Source: Malacoraja senta (Eukaryota). From it: a DNA stretch of 64,000 nt. The position numbers were made by a program, and so were the translations under genes. Within the stretch, counting starts at the first letter, position 1; every line of letters starts with the position of its first letter. The stretch covers positions 3,720,001 through 3,784,000 of the forward strand of contig JAXLNO010005841.1 in assembly GCA_038087875.1 (NCBI GenBank), given 5' to 3'. The notes beneath the pieces were generated by a model that was given only the letters and a program-made list of their open reading frames with translations, made no database searches and was not told the DNA's origin. Positions 51,609 to 63,344 of the stretch are shown here, piece after piece.

Positions 51609-53290
51609 TATAAAGACTAATAATGGTGATAGACAAAGCAAGCGCCAATAAAATAGATCAATAGATCCATGACGAGATTTCCCATTGTCCCCGCACGTTC
51701 TCCACAACTTCATCCTAACACTTCCACGCGAGCACTCCTTTATTAAAACGTTCAGTTTGACTTCCATGGGATCTAGTTATTTCTCAATTTTCTGTTTAAC
51801 TTCCGGACAACGAATGCTGTTCAGTCGAAGTTAATCTATTTCCCCCTACATTTATGAGACGAACTATCAGCATGACAACATTATTGAAACGAAAAACGAA
51901 AGTTTAAGCTGATAATATGAAATGCAATGTTTACCTCAATCTGGAGATTCCCAGTTATTACATTATAAACGATGTGCTTTTCCGCAATCAATCAATTGAG
52001 CCGACTATATTACGGAGGTTAACAGCAGCAGCATTTATATGACGACATCAAACCTAATACGCACAGTTACTAAGGAAGCGATAATTTGAATATTTCTGGA
52101 ACAGTCGTCATTTGAGCAGTCAAATTATACATGGAGTTGAACCTTGCAGAATATTTGCTTGTTTATGACCGTGATATCGTCTTGCTTACTGAAGCTGGAA
52201 TATTTCCTTACACTTCACTGTTGATAGGAAGGGAATGCATTCGTACAATAGTTCCAGGATACATTTTCTTCAACAGGTCTTTATTGATCATCTACTTCTT
52301 CTTTCGTGTGGCGTGCACAGCCTAAAGTTGTTGGACAACTTGTTCTATTTGATCTTCCGTGTTTGTGCACGTCGAGTTGATTGCATTAGACGAAACAGGA
52401 CGGACCACGTGAAGGTTGCAATCTTCCACCCCTTTATTGATCATAAGATCATACGACATATGAGCGGAATTAGGCAATTCGGACCATCGAGTAAACTCCG
52501 CAATTCGATCATGGCATATCTATTTTTTCCTCGCAACCCCATTCTCAAGCGTTCTCCTCATAAACTTGAATACCCTTACTTTTCAAGAATCTGTCAAATT
52601 CCGTCATAAACATACTGAATTACTTGGCCTCCACAGGCGTCTGTGGGAAGACATCCCACAGATTCTTCTCCTACTGGCTGAATAAATTCCTCCTCATCCC
52701 CATTTAAAATATACACAATTTTATTCTGAGGCTATGGCCTCTAGTCCTCGACTCTCCCAATACTGCAATCATCCTCTCCACGTCCACTCTGTCGCAGCCT
52801 TTCTTTATTCGGTACATTTCTATGAGATCCTCCCTCATCCTTCTAAAACTACAGAGAGTTCGGGCACAGAGCCACCTGTTCGATTTATCTAGGTATTAAA
52901 GCAATAGACAAATGGAAGCTCAAGATGAAACTGGTAGATTGAATTTAGGTATTCTGGATGGAGGTAAGGCATTTGTAGTTTCAAAAGGCATCGGATGATA
53001 TTTTAACAACACATTCAATGAAATGACTTACCCTTTCGTTAACTCGCATTCGAATTATCTTTTTTGAAGTTTGTCCATCTGCCCTTCCGTAATGTTATCA
53101 TTTGTTTCATATTTCTATTTTATGTCGTGCAATAACGAGGCAATTTTTGATGTATACAAATCAATGAGATTGTTCAGACAAATGCTCCTGAATGCAAGGG
53201 ATACTTTATGATCCACTTCATCTTTCCGATTACCCTATTGATCTATTTTATTGGCGCTTGCTTTGTCTATCACCATTATTAGTCTTTATA
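51609..53290. repeat. Perfect 56-bp inverted repeat pair (51609-51664 and 53235-53290); candidate TIR element
   Basis: tataaagactaataatggtgatagacaaagcaagcgccaataaaatagatcaatag and its exact reverse complement. TA-rich outer ends. Confidence 0.7.
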
Positions 53291-53624
53291 TATATAATAT
53301 TTCCGCCGAAGGTCACATCATCATTACTGTTTGCTTATTTCAACAGATTAATCTCTTTCCAGTTGTTCATTTGAATTGTTAAGGTAACTTTTACTGACGA
53401 CCTTAATTATTTGCATGGGATTGGGCTATTTATAAAATGTGCTTACTCCGGATATTTGCTCAGAAATTACTGCCAGAATACCAGCAGGTGTGTTTGAACC
53501 ATCTGGTTGTCTTCATAAATCTTCATACAGCTGAATTGTCCAAGGTCAGGGATAACCACAACAACTTTGGTTCAATTGCTGAGGGGAGATTCGAGTCTTG
53601 TTAGCTATCGCGTATGAACATGTT

Positions 53625-54310
53625 AAGTTAAATCTATAAGCCAGCAGGTACCACAGGCAGCGAAGAAAGCAAATGGCATGTGGGCCTTCATAGGGAGAGC
53701 ATATGAGTATAGGAGCAAGGAGGTTATATTACTGTTGCACAGGGTCCTGGTGCGACCGCACCTGGAGTATTGTGTGCAGTTTTGGTCTCCTCGTTTGAGG
53801 AAGGACATTATTGCTATTGCGGGAGTGCAGCGTAGGTTCACCAGTGGCGGGACTGACATATGATGAAAGAATGGATTGACAGAGCTTATATTCACTGGAA
53901 TTTAGAAGGAGTAGAGAGGATCCTATAGAAACATATCAAATTATTTGGGGATTGAAAGGGCTAGATGCAAGAAAAATGTTCCCGATATTGGGGAAGTCCA
54001 GAACCAGGCGTCACAGTTTAAGAATAAGGGGAAGGACATTTAGGTCTGAGATGAGGGGAAAACAATTACCCAGAGAGTTGTGAATCTGTGGAAATTCTCC
54101 GCCGCAGAAGGCAGTGGAGGCCAATTCACTGGATGTATTCAAGAGAGAGTCGGATATAGCTCTTAGGGCTAACGGAATCAAGGGATATGGAGAGGAAGCA
54201 GGAACGTGGTACTGATTCCTGATGATCAGTCATGGTCATGTTGAATAGCGGAGCTGGCTCGAAGGGACAAATGGCCTATCCCTGCACCTGTTTTCAATGT
54301 TTTTAGCATT
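53625..54310 (+). mobile_element. CR1-type LINE 3' fragment
   Basis: ORF 53678: LVRPHLEYCVQFWSP. Confidence 0.9.
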
Positions 54311-54869
54311 AAAAATGATAATGTTTAAAAAAAAGAATTAAGGGGAAGGACATTTAGGTCTGAGATGAGGAAAAACTTGAATTAATCACAAAGAATTAAT
54401 CAACAGCATCACACTGTTGTTATGTGGCACAGACTGCGTTGCATAAAGTAGCAAGATCAGAAGGCCTAGTTCGGGGGAGTCAATGTGCTGCAGCAATTAG
54501 AGCTGCTATCTCACAATGCCAGAAACGCTGGTTCGAATCTGATCTTGGTACTGTCTGTGTACAGTTCGAAGTTCTTTCTGTGACTGCGTGGTTTTTCTCT
54601 GGGTACTGATGGGTGCACGCAAATAAACCTTTTCAATGTACGTCGGTGCACGGATAATAAACTGAACTCAATCTCAAACATCGCAATTGCAATAATGTAA
54701 TGACTTAACCTGTTGATCAAACTGTGAACACCTCTCTATTTTCCATGATGTTCCTTGTATTTCAGCCTGCACCCAACGTTCCGCACTCTAACCCACGCAG
54801 TTCACTTGTTATGCTCATGACAGTTACTGCACTTGGATATAAAATTAGATGTATTGAAGGAAGCAGAGG

Positions 54870-55870
54870 GTGATGGTGGAAAGTTACCTCTCGGACGGGA
54901 GACCTGTAAATAGGTCTGTGTCTCAGGTACAGGTGCTGGGCCCGTTACCGTTAGTCATACATATCAATGATTTAGGGGAGAACGTACATGGCAAGATTAG
55001 TAAGTTTGCAGGTGGTACAAAAGTAGGTGGTATTGCAGCTAGTGGTTTTGATAAACGGCAGCAGGATCGAGATCAGTTGATCAGGTGGGCCAAGGAAGAG
55101 TTGGTGACATTTAATACAGAGCAATGTAAGGTATTGCAAGTCTAACATGAGCAGGGCCGACACAGTGAATAGTAGGGCTGTCGGGAGTGTTGGAGAATGG
55201 AGTGATCTTGGAGTGCAGGTGCATAGTATCTTGAAGGTAGTGTCGCAAAGTTTTTCGGCACATTGTCTTTCATCAGTCAAAGTATCGAGTATAGATGTTG
55301 GGCGATTATGTTGCAGTTATATAAGATGTGGGTAATGCCGCATTTACAGTTTATTTTCAGTTCTGGGCACCATGTTATAAGAAATGTGCTGTGGAGCTGG
55401 AAAGGGTACATAGAAGATTTACGAGAATGTTGCCGGGACTCGCGGATCTGAGCTATAGGGTGAGATTGAATAGGCTGCGCCTCTATTCCCTGTAGCGCAG
55501 GAGAATGCGGTGTGATATTTCTGAGGTATATAAAATCATGAGAGGACTACTTAGGGTAGATGCACTAACTCTGTTGCCCATAGTAGGGTCATCGAGGATC
55601 AGAGGACAACGGTTTAAGGTGCAGGATGAAAGACTTTGATCGGAATATGGGGGAGACATTTTCACATAAAGGGTGCAGGGTGCATCGATCGAGCTGCCAG
55701 ATGAGGTAGTTGAGGCAGGGACTATCCCAATGTTTAAGAAACAGCTAGACGGGTACATGGATAAGACAGGTTTAGAGGGATATTAGCCAAGCGAAGGCAG
55801 ATGGGATTAGTGTAGCAAGGACATGTTCGCCGGTGTGGGGAAACTAAGACCTAGGGCATGTTTCCGCGAT
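54870..55870 (+). mobile_element. Old CR1/L2-type LINE fragment
   Basis: ORF 54870: VSQVQVLGPL..HINDL..ISKFAGGTK. Confidence 0.8.
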
Positions 55871-56739
55871 GAATGGCTCTATGAATCTATGACCTATCTT
55901 CTACGTTTAACCCCATCTCCGTAACAAAGCACCAACACTGAATTTCGCACACTCAGCAAAATAGATTTAGCTCCCGCAACCGGGGACAGTGGAACCCCAT
56001 GGATCCGCTACTCTTCGTTCAAAGCGATGTCCTAAAGAAGTCCAGAGATGGTTATGCAAATGCATCCGACGTGGAATGGAGTTGATGTGATTGTTTGATT
56101 TGGTTCTTTTCGACAGTCATGAAGTGGAGTTGACGAAACGTTGAGTACTTTCTATTGTAGATGGCGGCTAATAGTTTGGCCATGCAGAGGCCACGTTACG
56201 GGTCCAGTAATTTACGATGATGGATTGACGTGAGTAAACCGAATGTATGAAATCTAACTTCAAAATGTCTAAGTTCTGACGAGATCACAAGTTCATAAGG
56301 AGGCAAGGGTGTGCGACGATGTAAATATATCTTACTTCAGTCGGCAAAACAACGGGCGGATTACGTGAACTAAGCTGAAGTTATCCATTTGTGATGGAAA
56401 CTACGAAGAGAGAAAGGCTATACGCTCATGCAGTTGATCGCTACAGAAAACATGCCTGGCGTTTGACCTGACTCATTCCCGGGATGATGAAACTGTCATT
56501 CGACGGCACAATCGATTGACGTGCAAATTTGTGGATGCCCAATTGTTTGCAATAAAGAATTTCCTGGCAGTAGGTCACGGAAGTATGTCGTTACCCATTC
56601 AAGCTTAGAACATTCTTCAGACCCATGCCTGTGCAACATCCGAGCAATATCGCCAATTGCTACATTTTATTGGACAAAATCAATGGTTCAGTGATAGCTT
56701 TATTTAGTACCAAGCACATGTACCTTGTTACAGTGAAAT

Positions 56740-57960
56740 TCCAGAGGTACAGAGGATGGAGAAGAAAGGGGAGGGGTGACAGAAACTGGGAGAGTGGGTG
56801 AAGGTGCCGGAGTTGAAGGGATTACAGAGACGCGGTGATCGGTGTGGGGGGGCTGCGGGGTGGGGGTTACAGAGGCGGGAAGATGGGGTGTAGGGGCCGA
56901 GGGGAGCGGTGTTACCGAGACGGGGACAGTGGAGTAGGGGCCGGAGGGGAGGAAGTTACAGAGACGGGGGGGGGGGAGGGGGTGTAGCGACCGGAGGGGA
57001 CGGGGTTACCTAGAAGGGGAGAGGGGGTGTAGGGGCCAGAGCGTTGGGGGTTACAGAGACGGGGAGAGGGTGTAGGGGCCGAAGGGGAGGTGGTTACTGG
57101 GACGGTGAGCGGGGGTGTAGGGGAGGGGAGGGCGTTACAGGGACCTGGAGCCGGTGTGACGGGGAGCGGAGGGTGTTACAGAGACGGGGCGACGGGGTGT
57201 AGGAGCCGAAGGGGTGGGGGTCACTCTAACTAACTAAATTATACTCATTTTGTTGATAGTTTCCCATTTGTACAGAGAGTGGGAGGCGGAGACCTGGCGC
57301 GGCCGTCGGGGACACGGGCTCAGTTTGTCGCGATGGTGCTCTCGATCCAGGAGACGTAGTTGCAGACGCCAGTGTAGACGCCGCGATCGCCCCACGCGAT
57401 ACATCCGTAACTCCACGACATCACTGCCTGGAGCACTCTGTTACAAACCTCTGGCCCGCCAGCATTACCCTGTCACAAGGGCAGATGTGAGTGGAGGTTA
57501 ATTGGATTCGGTAAAGATTGTAAGTTGTCCCCAGTGTGTGTGTGCGTGTAGGATAGTGCATGTACGAATCGTCTCGACGGCAGCGACTCGGTGGGCCGAA
57601 TGGCCTGTTTCCGCGCTGTATCTCCAAACGAAACCAGTGTGTGAACGGGTGATCGTAGCTCGGCAGCGACTCGGTGGGCCGAATGGCCCGTTTCCGCGCT
57701 CTAGTTGGGGGCGAGGGGGGGGGAGGGAAGGGGAGGTGATGGGAGGTGGTTACAGAGACGGGAGAGAGGGTAAAGGGACCGGAAGGTAGAGAGTTGAAGA
57801 GACGGGCAGCGACGGTGTAGGGGCCGGAAGGGAGGGGGTTACACATACGGGGAGAGGGGGTGTAGGGGCCGGAGGCGAGCGGTTTACATAGACGGTGAAA
57901 GGGGTGGGGCGGGAGGGGAGCGCAGGGGACGGGGGGAGAAGAGGGGAGGAGGAGATGTGT
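56740..57960. repeat. G-rich ~40-bp minisatellite (ttacagagacggggagagggtgtaggggcc...) around protease exon 5; also at 62570-62920 and inverted at 63085-63180
   Basis: Direct reading of recurring units. Confidence 0.8.
57320..57469 (-). pseudogene. Trypsin/kallikrein-like paralog B, last exon, catalytic Ser replaced by Ala
   Basis: Open 150-nt phase-0 exon: [49 protein letters not shown]. Confidence 0.88.
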
Positions 57961-58030
57961 GGGGAGGGGAGCGGAGGGGAGGGAGGGGAGGGGAGGGGAG
58001 CGAAGAGGAGGGGGAGCGGGAGGTCTGTAT

Positions 58031-58170
58031 CTGGCAGGGGTGACTGCCTCTGTCGCCGAGGCACAACACTTTGTCAGTAATCCATCTCTGTCCAGAACCA
58101 CGACAGTCCGCGTCATTCCGAATCGGAGCGTCAAAGCGCTGACGCTAGTGGCTGCAAAACGATATTCGCC
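58031..58170 (-). pseudogene. Trypsin/kallikrein-like paralog B, penultimate exon, disabled
   Basis: *RQRFDAPIRNDADCRGSGQRWITDKVLCLGDRGSHPCQ aligns to [14 protein letters not shown]...MMC...RDSCQ. In-frame TAG at 58145-58147. Donor is AT instead of GT. Confidence 0.75.
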
Positions 58171-58174
58171 CTAC

Positions 58175-59830
58175 TCTCTCTCTCCCTCTCTCTCACCCCC
58201 TCTCTTCCCCTCTATTGTGCCCCTTCCTTCTCTCCCTCTCTCCCTCTTTCCCCCTCTCTCTTCCTCCTCTCTTTCCCTTCTCTATCCCCTTCTCTCCCGC
58301 TTCCATCTCTTCTCCTCACTCCCCTGTTCCACCTCGTCTCTCACCCTCTCTCTCCCCCCCCTCTCCCTCTCGCTCCTTCCTTTCTACCCACCCACCCCCA
58401 TCTCTGCCACTCTTCCCCCTCTCATCTTCTCCTTCTACCGCCCTCTCCCAATCGCTCTCTCACTCCCTCCTTCCCACCTCTCGTCTTCCTCCTGACACTC
58501 TCTCTCCCATCCCTATCTCCCTTCCCCTCTCCCCTTTTTTCTGCACTCTCTATCTCTCCACCAACCCCCTCTCCCTCTCGTCCCTCTCCCTGCCCATCCC
58601 TTCATAGCGCTGCGGTGTAAGCTCCCCAGAAAAATATGAGGTGCCGTTCCTCCAATGTGTGCTGGGCCTCACTCTGACAATGGAGGAGGCCCAGGACAGA
58701 AGGTCAAATTGGGAATGAAAGGGGGAGTTGAAGAGCTGAGGGACCGGGAGTCAGGTAGGACTGAGCGGAGGTATTCTTATCGTATTAGTTTAATGCTTGA
58801 GTTTAGAGTTTGTGTTTTGTTTAAATTAATTTTATTTCATTTGTGTTTCAGTTAAGTTTTGTCTCTGTAATCGCCTCCCCACCCTATCTTTTCCCCCCTT
58901 CCTCCCCTGGCTCCCCAACCTCCCACCACCCTTTCCTCTCCACCCTTCCTCCCTCTCCCCATATTCTCTCGCTAGTCACGCCCTCCCTCCCTCCCTCCCT
59001 CCCTCCGTCCCTCCCTCCCTCCCTCCCTCCCTCCCTCCCTCCCTCCCTCCCTCCCTCCCTCCCTCCGTCCCTCCCAACTTCCCTCCCCGACCTCGCCCAG
59101 CGGTATACAAGGGCTTGAAAGAGCACAGGTGCGGCCGCTCGCGAAAGGCATCGGCGCCCCGACCCCACACAACCCTTCTGCTCTTCGTCTTCCTCCGACT
59201 CGGACTCCCCCCGGGTTCCAACCTACACCCTTCACCCCTTTATTTCCCTCCCCGTTTCTCTTCCCCCTTCCTCTGTCTACCCATCCTGTCCCCGGCCCTC
59301 TCCCTCTCCTCCTCTATCACCCTCCTCTCTCTCCCATTCTCTCCCTCCCCTTATCTCCCCCTTCTTTATCTATCCCCACTATTTTTCACCCACTATCTCC
59401 TCTCCCCCTCTATCTCCCCTTGTCTCCCTCTCCCCTTCTCCCTCTACTACCTCCCCTAATCTCTCTACACCTCTTTCTCCCCTCCCCCTCTTTCTGTCCC
59501 CCATCCCTCTCTCCACCTCTTGTCTCAACCCCTCCGCTCCCCCCCTCCTCTCTCACCCTCCCCTCTCCCCTCCTTCTTTCCCCTTTCTCTACCTCGCTTC
59601 TCGCTCTCTTCACCATCCCCGTCTCACCCCCCCGTTGTCAGTGACCTCTTTCCGTCTCTGCAACCCCCTCCTCCCCCGGCCCTTACACTCCCTCTTCCCG
59701 TCTCTGTAATATTCTCCTCTCCCTCTCCTCTCCCCCTCCTCTCACCCTCCTCTCCCCCTCCACTCCCCCTCCCATCCTCACCTCTCCTCACCTCTCCCCT
59801 TCCCTCGCCTTCTCCCCCCTCGGTACCCCC
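58175..59830. repeat. CT-rich low-complexity region including (CCCT)n at ~58980-59070
   Basis: Direct reading. Confidence 0.9.
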
Positions 59831-59924
59831 TTCAGCGCTGAAACAGGCCTTTCGACCCATCGAGTGGGTATCGAATTTGAGCTCATAGTTCATAGTTTGA
59901 GTTTAGAGTGTGAAGACAAATGTA

Positions 59925-60665
59925 GGTCCTTCTTCTGTCGTATGTCCTTTAGACCTGCAGCCCCGTTGAGGCGAGCCAGGCCAACGTGTCATCGTCCAAG
60001 GCAATCAGAACTCGTTCACCATTCGGTGGCCGGTGTTTGGGGCAACTGGTGACTATGTGCTCCACTGTCTGTGTTGCGTCCCCATACTCGCAGGAGAAGC
60101 TGTCCAAGAGGCCCCATCTCTTCATCGCTACTGCATAGCGTCCGATGCCTGTCCGCAAGCGGTTGAGGGTTGTCCACTGCTTTCGGGGCAGGTCCTGGTC
60201 AGGGACGTCCATGGGGTCATTGATGTACTGGTGTAGCCTAGATGGTTCGGCTGACTTCCACTGGTCTCTCCATCTCGTCTTGACGCAGGCGGCCTGAGAA
60301 GCGTCAACCGGTGTTGTGCAGAGCAGCTCTTGGGCTTGCTTGGCAAATGGATGCCGTGACTTGTGGCACAGTCATCGTGGTGTCTCTGTGACGGTCTGAT
60401 GAAGGAGGTGGGATTCGTTGGTCTGTGCCTTTCGGCAGAGGGCCAGCGTGGCTGCTTCTTGTCTGATGTTGGCTGGGGCAATGCCAGCGAGGACGGGCAG
60501 TTGGTTTACTGGGTTGGCTAGTAGGCATCCGGAGACAGTCCGCAGTGCGCTGTTGAGGGCAGAATCCAGCTTCTTGCCGTGAGGGTTACGGCACCAGACC
60601 GGGGCGCAGTACTCGGCGGTTGAGAACACCAGGACCACTGTGGACATGCGCAGTGTAGGTCCCTT
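59925..60665 (-). mobile_element. Vingi (Ingi-related) LINE 3' fragment
   Basis: STAEYCAPVWCR...ALRTVSGCL, and LNRLRTGIGRY..MKRWG..CEYG..QTVEHIVTSCP. Confidence 0.8.
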
Positions 60666-60679
60666 ACAATAAGACACAG

Positions 60680-61850
60680 GCGCATTTATAATGGGAAACG
60701 AAGAAATGGCAGAACAGTTAATCGAGTGCTTCAGTTCTGAAGGAAATCCATATTAGTCAGGAAATGGTGTTTGGTAAAATGTTGGGACGGACGGCAGATA
60801 CATCCCCAGGGCTTGATGGTCTGCATCCCAGAATACTTTATGAGGTGGCCCTAGAATTCGTGGAAGCATTGGTTATCATTTACCAATGTTTTGTCGACTC
60901 TGGATCAGTTCCTGTGGACTGGAGGGTAGCCAATGTAAACACACATTTTAAGAAAGGAGCGAGAGGGAATTATACACCGGTTAGCCTTACTTCGGAATTA
61001 AAGGGGCCTTTTCAGAATGGCAGGCAGCGACTAGCAGGGTGCCACAAGGCTCATTGCTGGGACCCCAGTTATTTACATTATATATTTACGATTTGGACGA
61101 GGGAATTAAATGTGGCATCTCCAAGTTTGCGGATGACACAAAGCTGGGTGGCATTGTCAGCTGCGAGGAGGATGCTGTGAGGTTGTAGGGTGACTTGGAT
61201 AGGTTGGGTGAATGGGCAGCTGCATGGCAGACGTAGTATAATGTGCATAGATGTGAGGTTATCGAGTTTGACGGCAAGAACAGGATGGCCGAATATTGTC
61301 TGAATGGTGTCAGATTAGAAAACAAGGGGAGTGCAACGAGACCTCAATTCTTGCTATTGAGGGAATGCAGCGTGCGTTCGGCCAGGTTAATTCCCGGCAC
61401 GGCGAGAGTGACATGTGATGAAAGAATGGGTCAACTGGGCTTGTCTTCACTGGAATCATGAGAGGGGATCATATTGAAACATACAAAATTCTTACGGGAT
61501 TGAACAGGCTAGATGCAGGAAATGTGTTCGCCATGTTGGGGGAGTCCGGAACCAGTGGTCACAGTTATAAAGAATAAGGGGTCGGCAATTTAGGACTGAG
61601 ACGAAGATAAAGTTTATCTGCCAAAGAGTTGTGAATCTGTGAAATTCTCTGACATATGAAGCAGTGGAGGCTAATTCATTGGATGTTCACAAGAGAGTTA
61701 GATTTAACTCTGTGGGCTAACGGAATCAAGGGATATGGGAAGAATGCAGGAACGGGGTACTGATTCTATATGATCAGCCATGAATGGTGGTCCTGGTTTG
61801 ATGGCCCGAAAGGCCTACACCTGCAACTGTTTTTTAATGTATCTATGTTT
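60680..61850 (+). mobile_element. Decayed CR1-type LINE with deletions
   Basis: ORF 60764: SPGLDGLHPRILYEV, DSGSVPVDWRVANV. Confidence 0.88.
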
Positions 61851-61959
61851 CTATGACAGTAACATGAACCATTCTTCATTGCAACAATTGTATTGATATT
61901 TTCCCGGTTGTACAGAGAGTGAGAGGCGGAGACCTGGCGCGGCCTCCTTGGACACGGGC

Positions 61960-62109
61960 TCAGTTCGCAGCGATGGTGCTGTGGATCCAGTAGAAGTAAT
62001 GACAGACGCGAGTGTAGACGCCGGGACGGTCAATGACGTCACACCCGCATCCCCACGATACTATTCACTGGAGCACTCCGTTACACACCACTGTCCCGCC
62101 AGAATCAGC
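61960..62109 (-). pseudogene. Trypsin/kallikrein-like paralog A, last exon with a premature stop
   Basis: [51 protein letters not shown] at 62065-62067. Confidence 0.9.
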
Positions 62110-62925
62110 CTACCACAAGGCAGACGTGAGAGGAAGTTAATTAGTCATAGAGGGATACCGCGTGGAAAAAGGCCCTTCGGCCCAACGTGCCCACACCGGG
62201 CAACATGCCCCATCTACACTAGTCCCACCTGGCCGCGTTTGGCGCATATCCCTCCAAACCGGCCCTGTCAAGGTACCTGTCTAAATGTATCTTAAACGGT
62301 GGGATGGTCGCTGCCTCAACTACCTCATCCGGCAGCTCGTTCCATACACCCAGCACCCTCTGTGTGGAAAAGTTACCCCTCAGGTTCCTATTAAATCCTC
62401 CCCCCTGCACCTTGAACTTATGTCCCCTGGTCCTCGATTCCCGTACTCTGGGCAAGAGAATCTGTGCGCCTACCCGATCTAAGCTCTCCCTATAGCTCAC
62501 ACCCTCTGGTCCTGGCAACATCTTTGGTGGGCCGAAGGACCTGTTTCCGCGGTCGGGTGAACGAGAGGGGAGAAAGAAAGGGAAGGGGAGAGAGTTACAG
62601 AGACGGGGAGAGGGGGCGTAGGGGCAGGAGGGCTGGTGGTTACAGAGACGGGGGAGGGGGTGTAGGTGCCGGAGGTGTGGTGGTTACAGAGACGTGGGGG
62701 GCGGGTGGTTTGTAGGGGCCGGACAGGGGAGGGGGGTACATAGACGTGGAGAAGCGGTGTGGGGGCCGTAGGGGAGGTGGGTGCAGAGACGTGGGGAGGG
62801 GATATATGGGCCGTAGAGGAGGGGGGTACAGAGACGGTGGATGGGATATACGGGCCGTAGAGCAGGGGGTTACTGAGACGGGGAGCGGAGGATTTGACAG
62901 CGACGCGGAGAGAGGGGGGCTGTAC

Positions 62926-63059
62926 CTGGCAGGAGTCGCGCCCTCCCTCCTTGTAGTCGACACACATCATGTTGTAAGTGATCATTCCCGGGTAGGTGCC
63001 ATGACAGTCCACTTCACTCATAACCGGGGCGTCCAAACACTGAAGGTCGCCGCGGAACG
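62926..63059 (-). pseudogene. Trypsin/kallikrein-like paralog A, penultimate exon (intact)
   Basis: Phase 1/0 exon: [44 protein letters not shown], with the Asp189-type S1 pocket. Canonical AG/GT. Confidence 0.92.
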
Positions 63060-63344
63060 CTTGTGGGGTAAATGTGAGAGAAACCCTCTCCCCGTTTCCG
63101 TAACCCCCTACCCTACGGTCACTACACCTTCTCTCCCCATCTCTGTAACCCCCTCCCCTACGGTCACTACACCTCCTCTCCCCAATCTTTCCTTCTTTCT
63201 CACCTTCCTTTCCCATTCTCTGTTCCTTCCCTTCCCCTCCCCTCCCTCACTCTTCACTTCCTCTCCTCAAATTCTCTATCTCTCTCCTCTTCTCGCCTCC
63301 ACCCTGTAGATTAACCCCTATTAATCCATACGATTTATAATCTC

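Noticed and set aside
56161-56229. Exon-like segment (ttctattgtag|...|gtgagt)
   Set aside because: Two of three frames are closed, there is no homology, and there is no gene to attach it to.
59095-59215. Unique island in CT-rich DNA weakly resembling trypsin exon 2 (EEDEEQK/VVWG) or the end of exon 3 (ALVYRWARS)
   Set aside because: The two alignments use different frames, identity is at chance level for purine-rich DNA, and the splice phases do not fit.
57421-59893. Long Pro/Leu/Ser-rich and Gly/Glu/Arg-rich ORFs
   Set aside because: They are translations of low-complexity CT/GA repeats.
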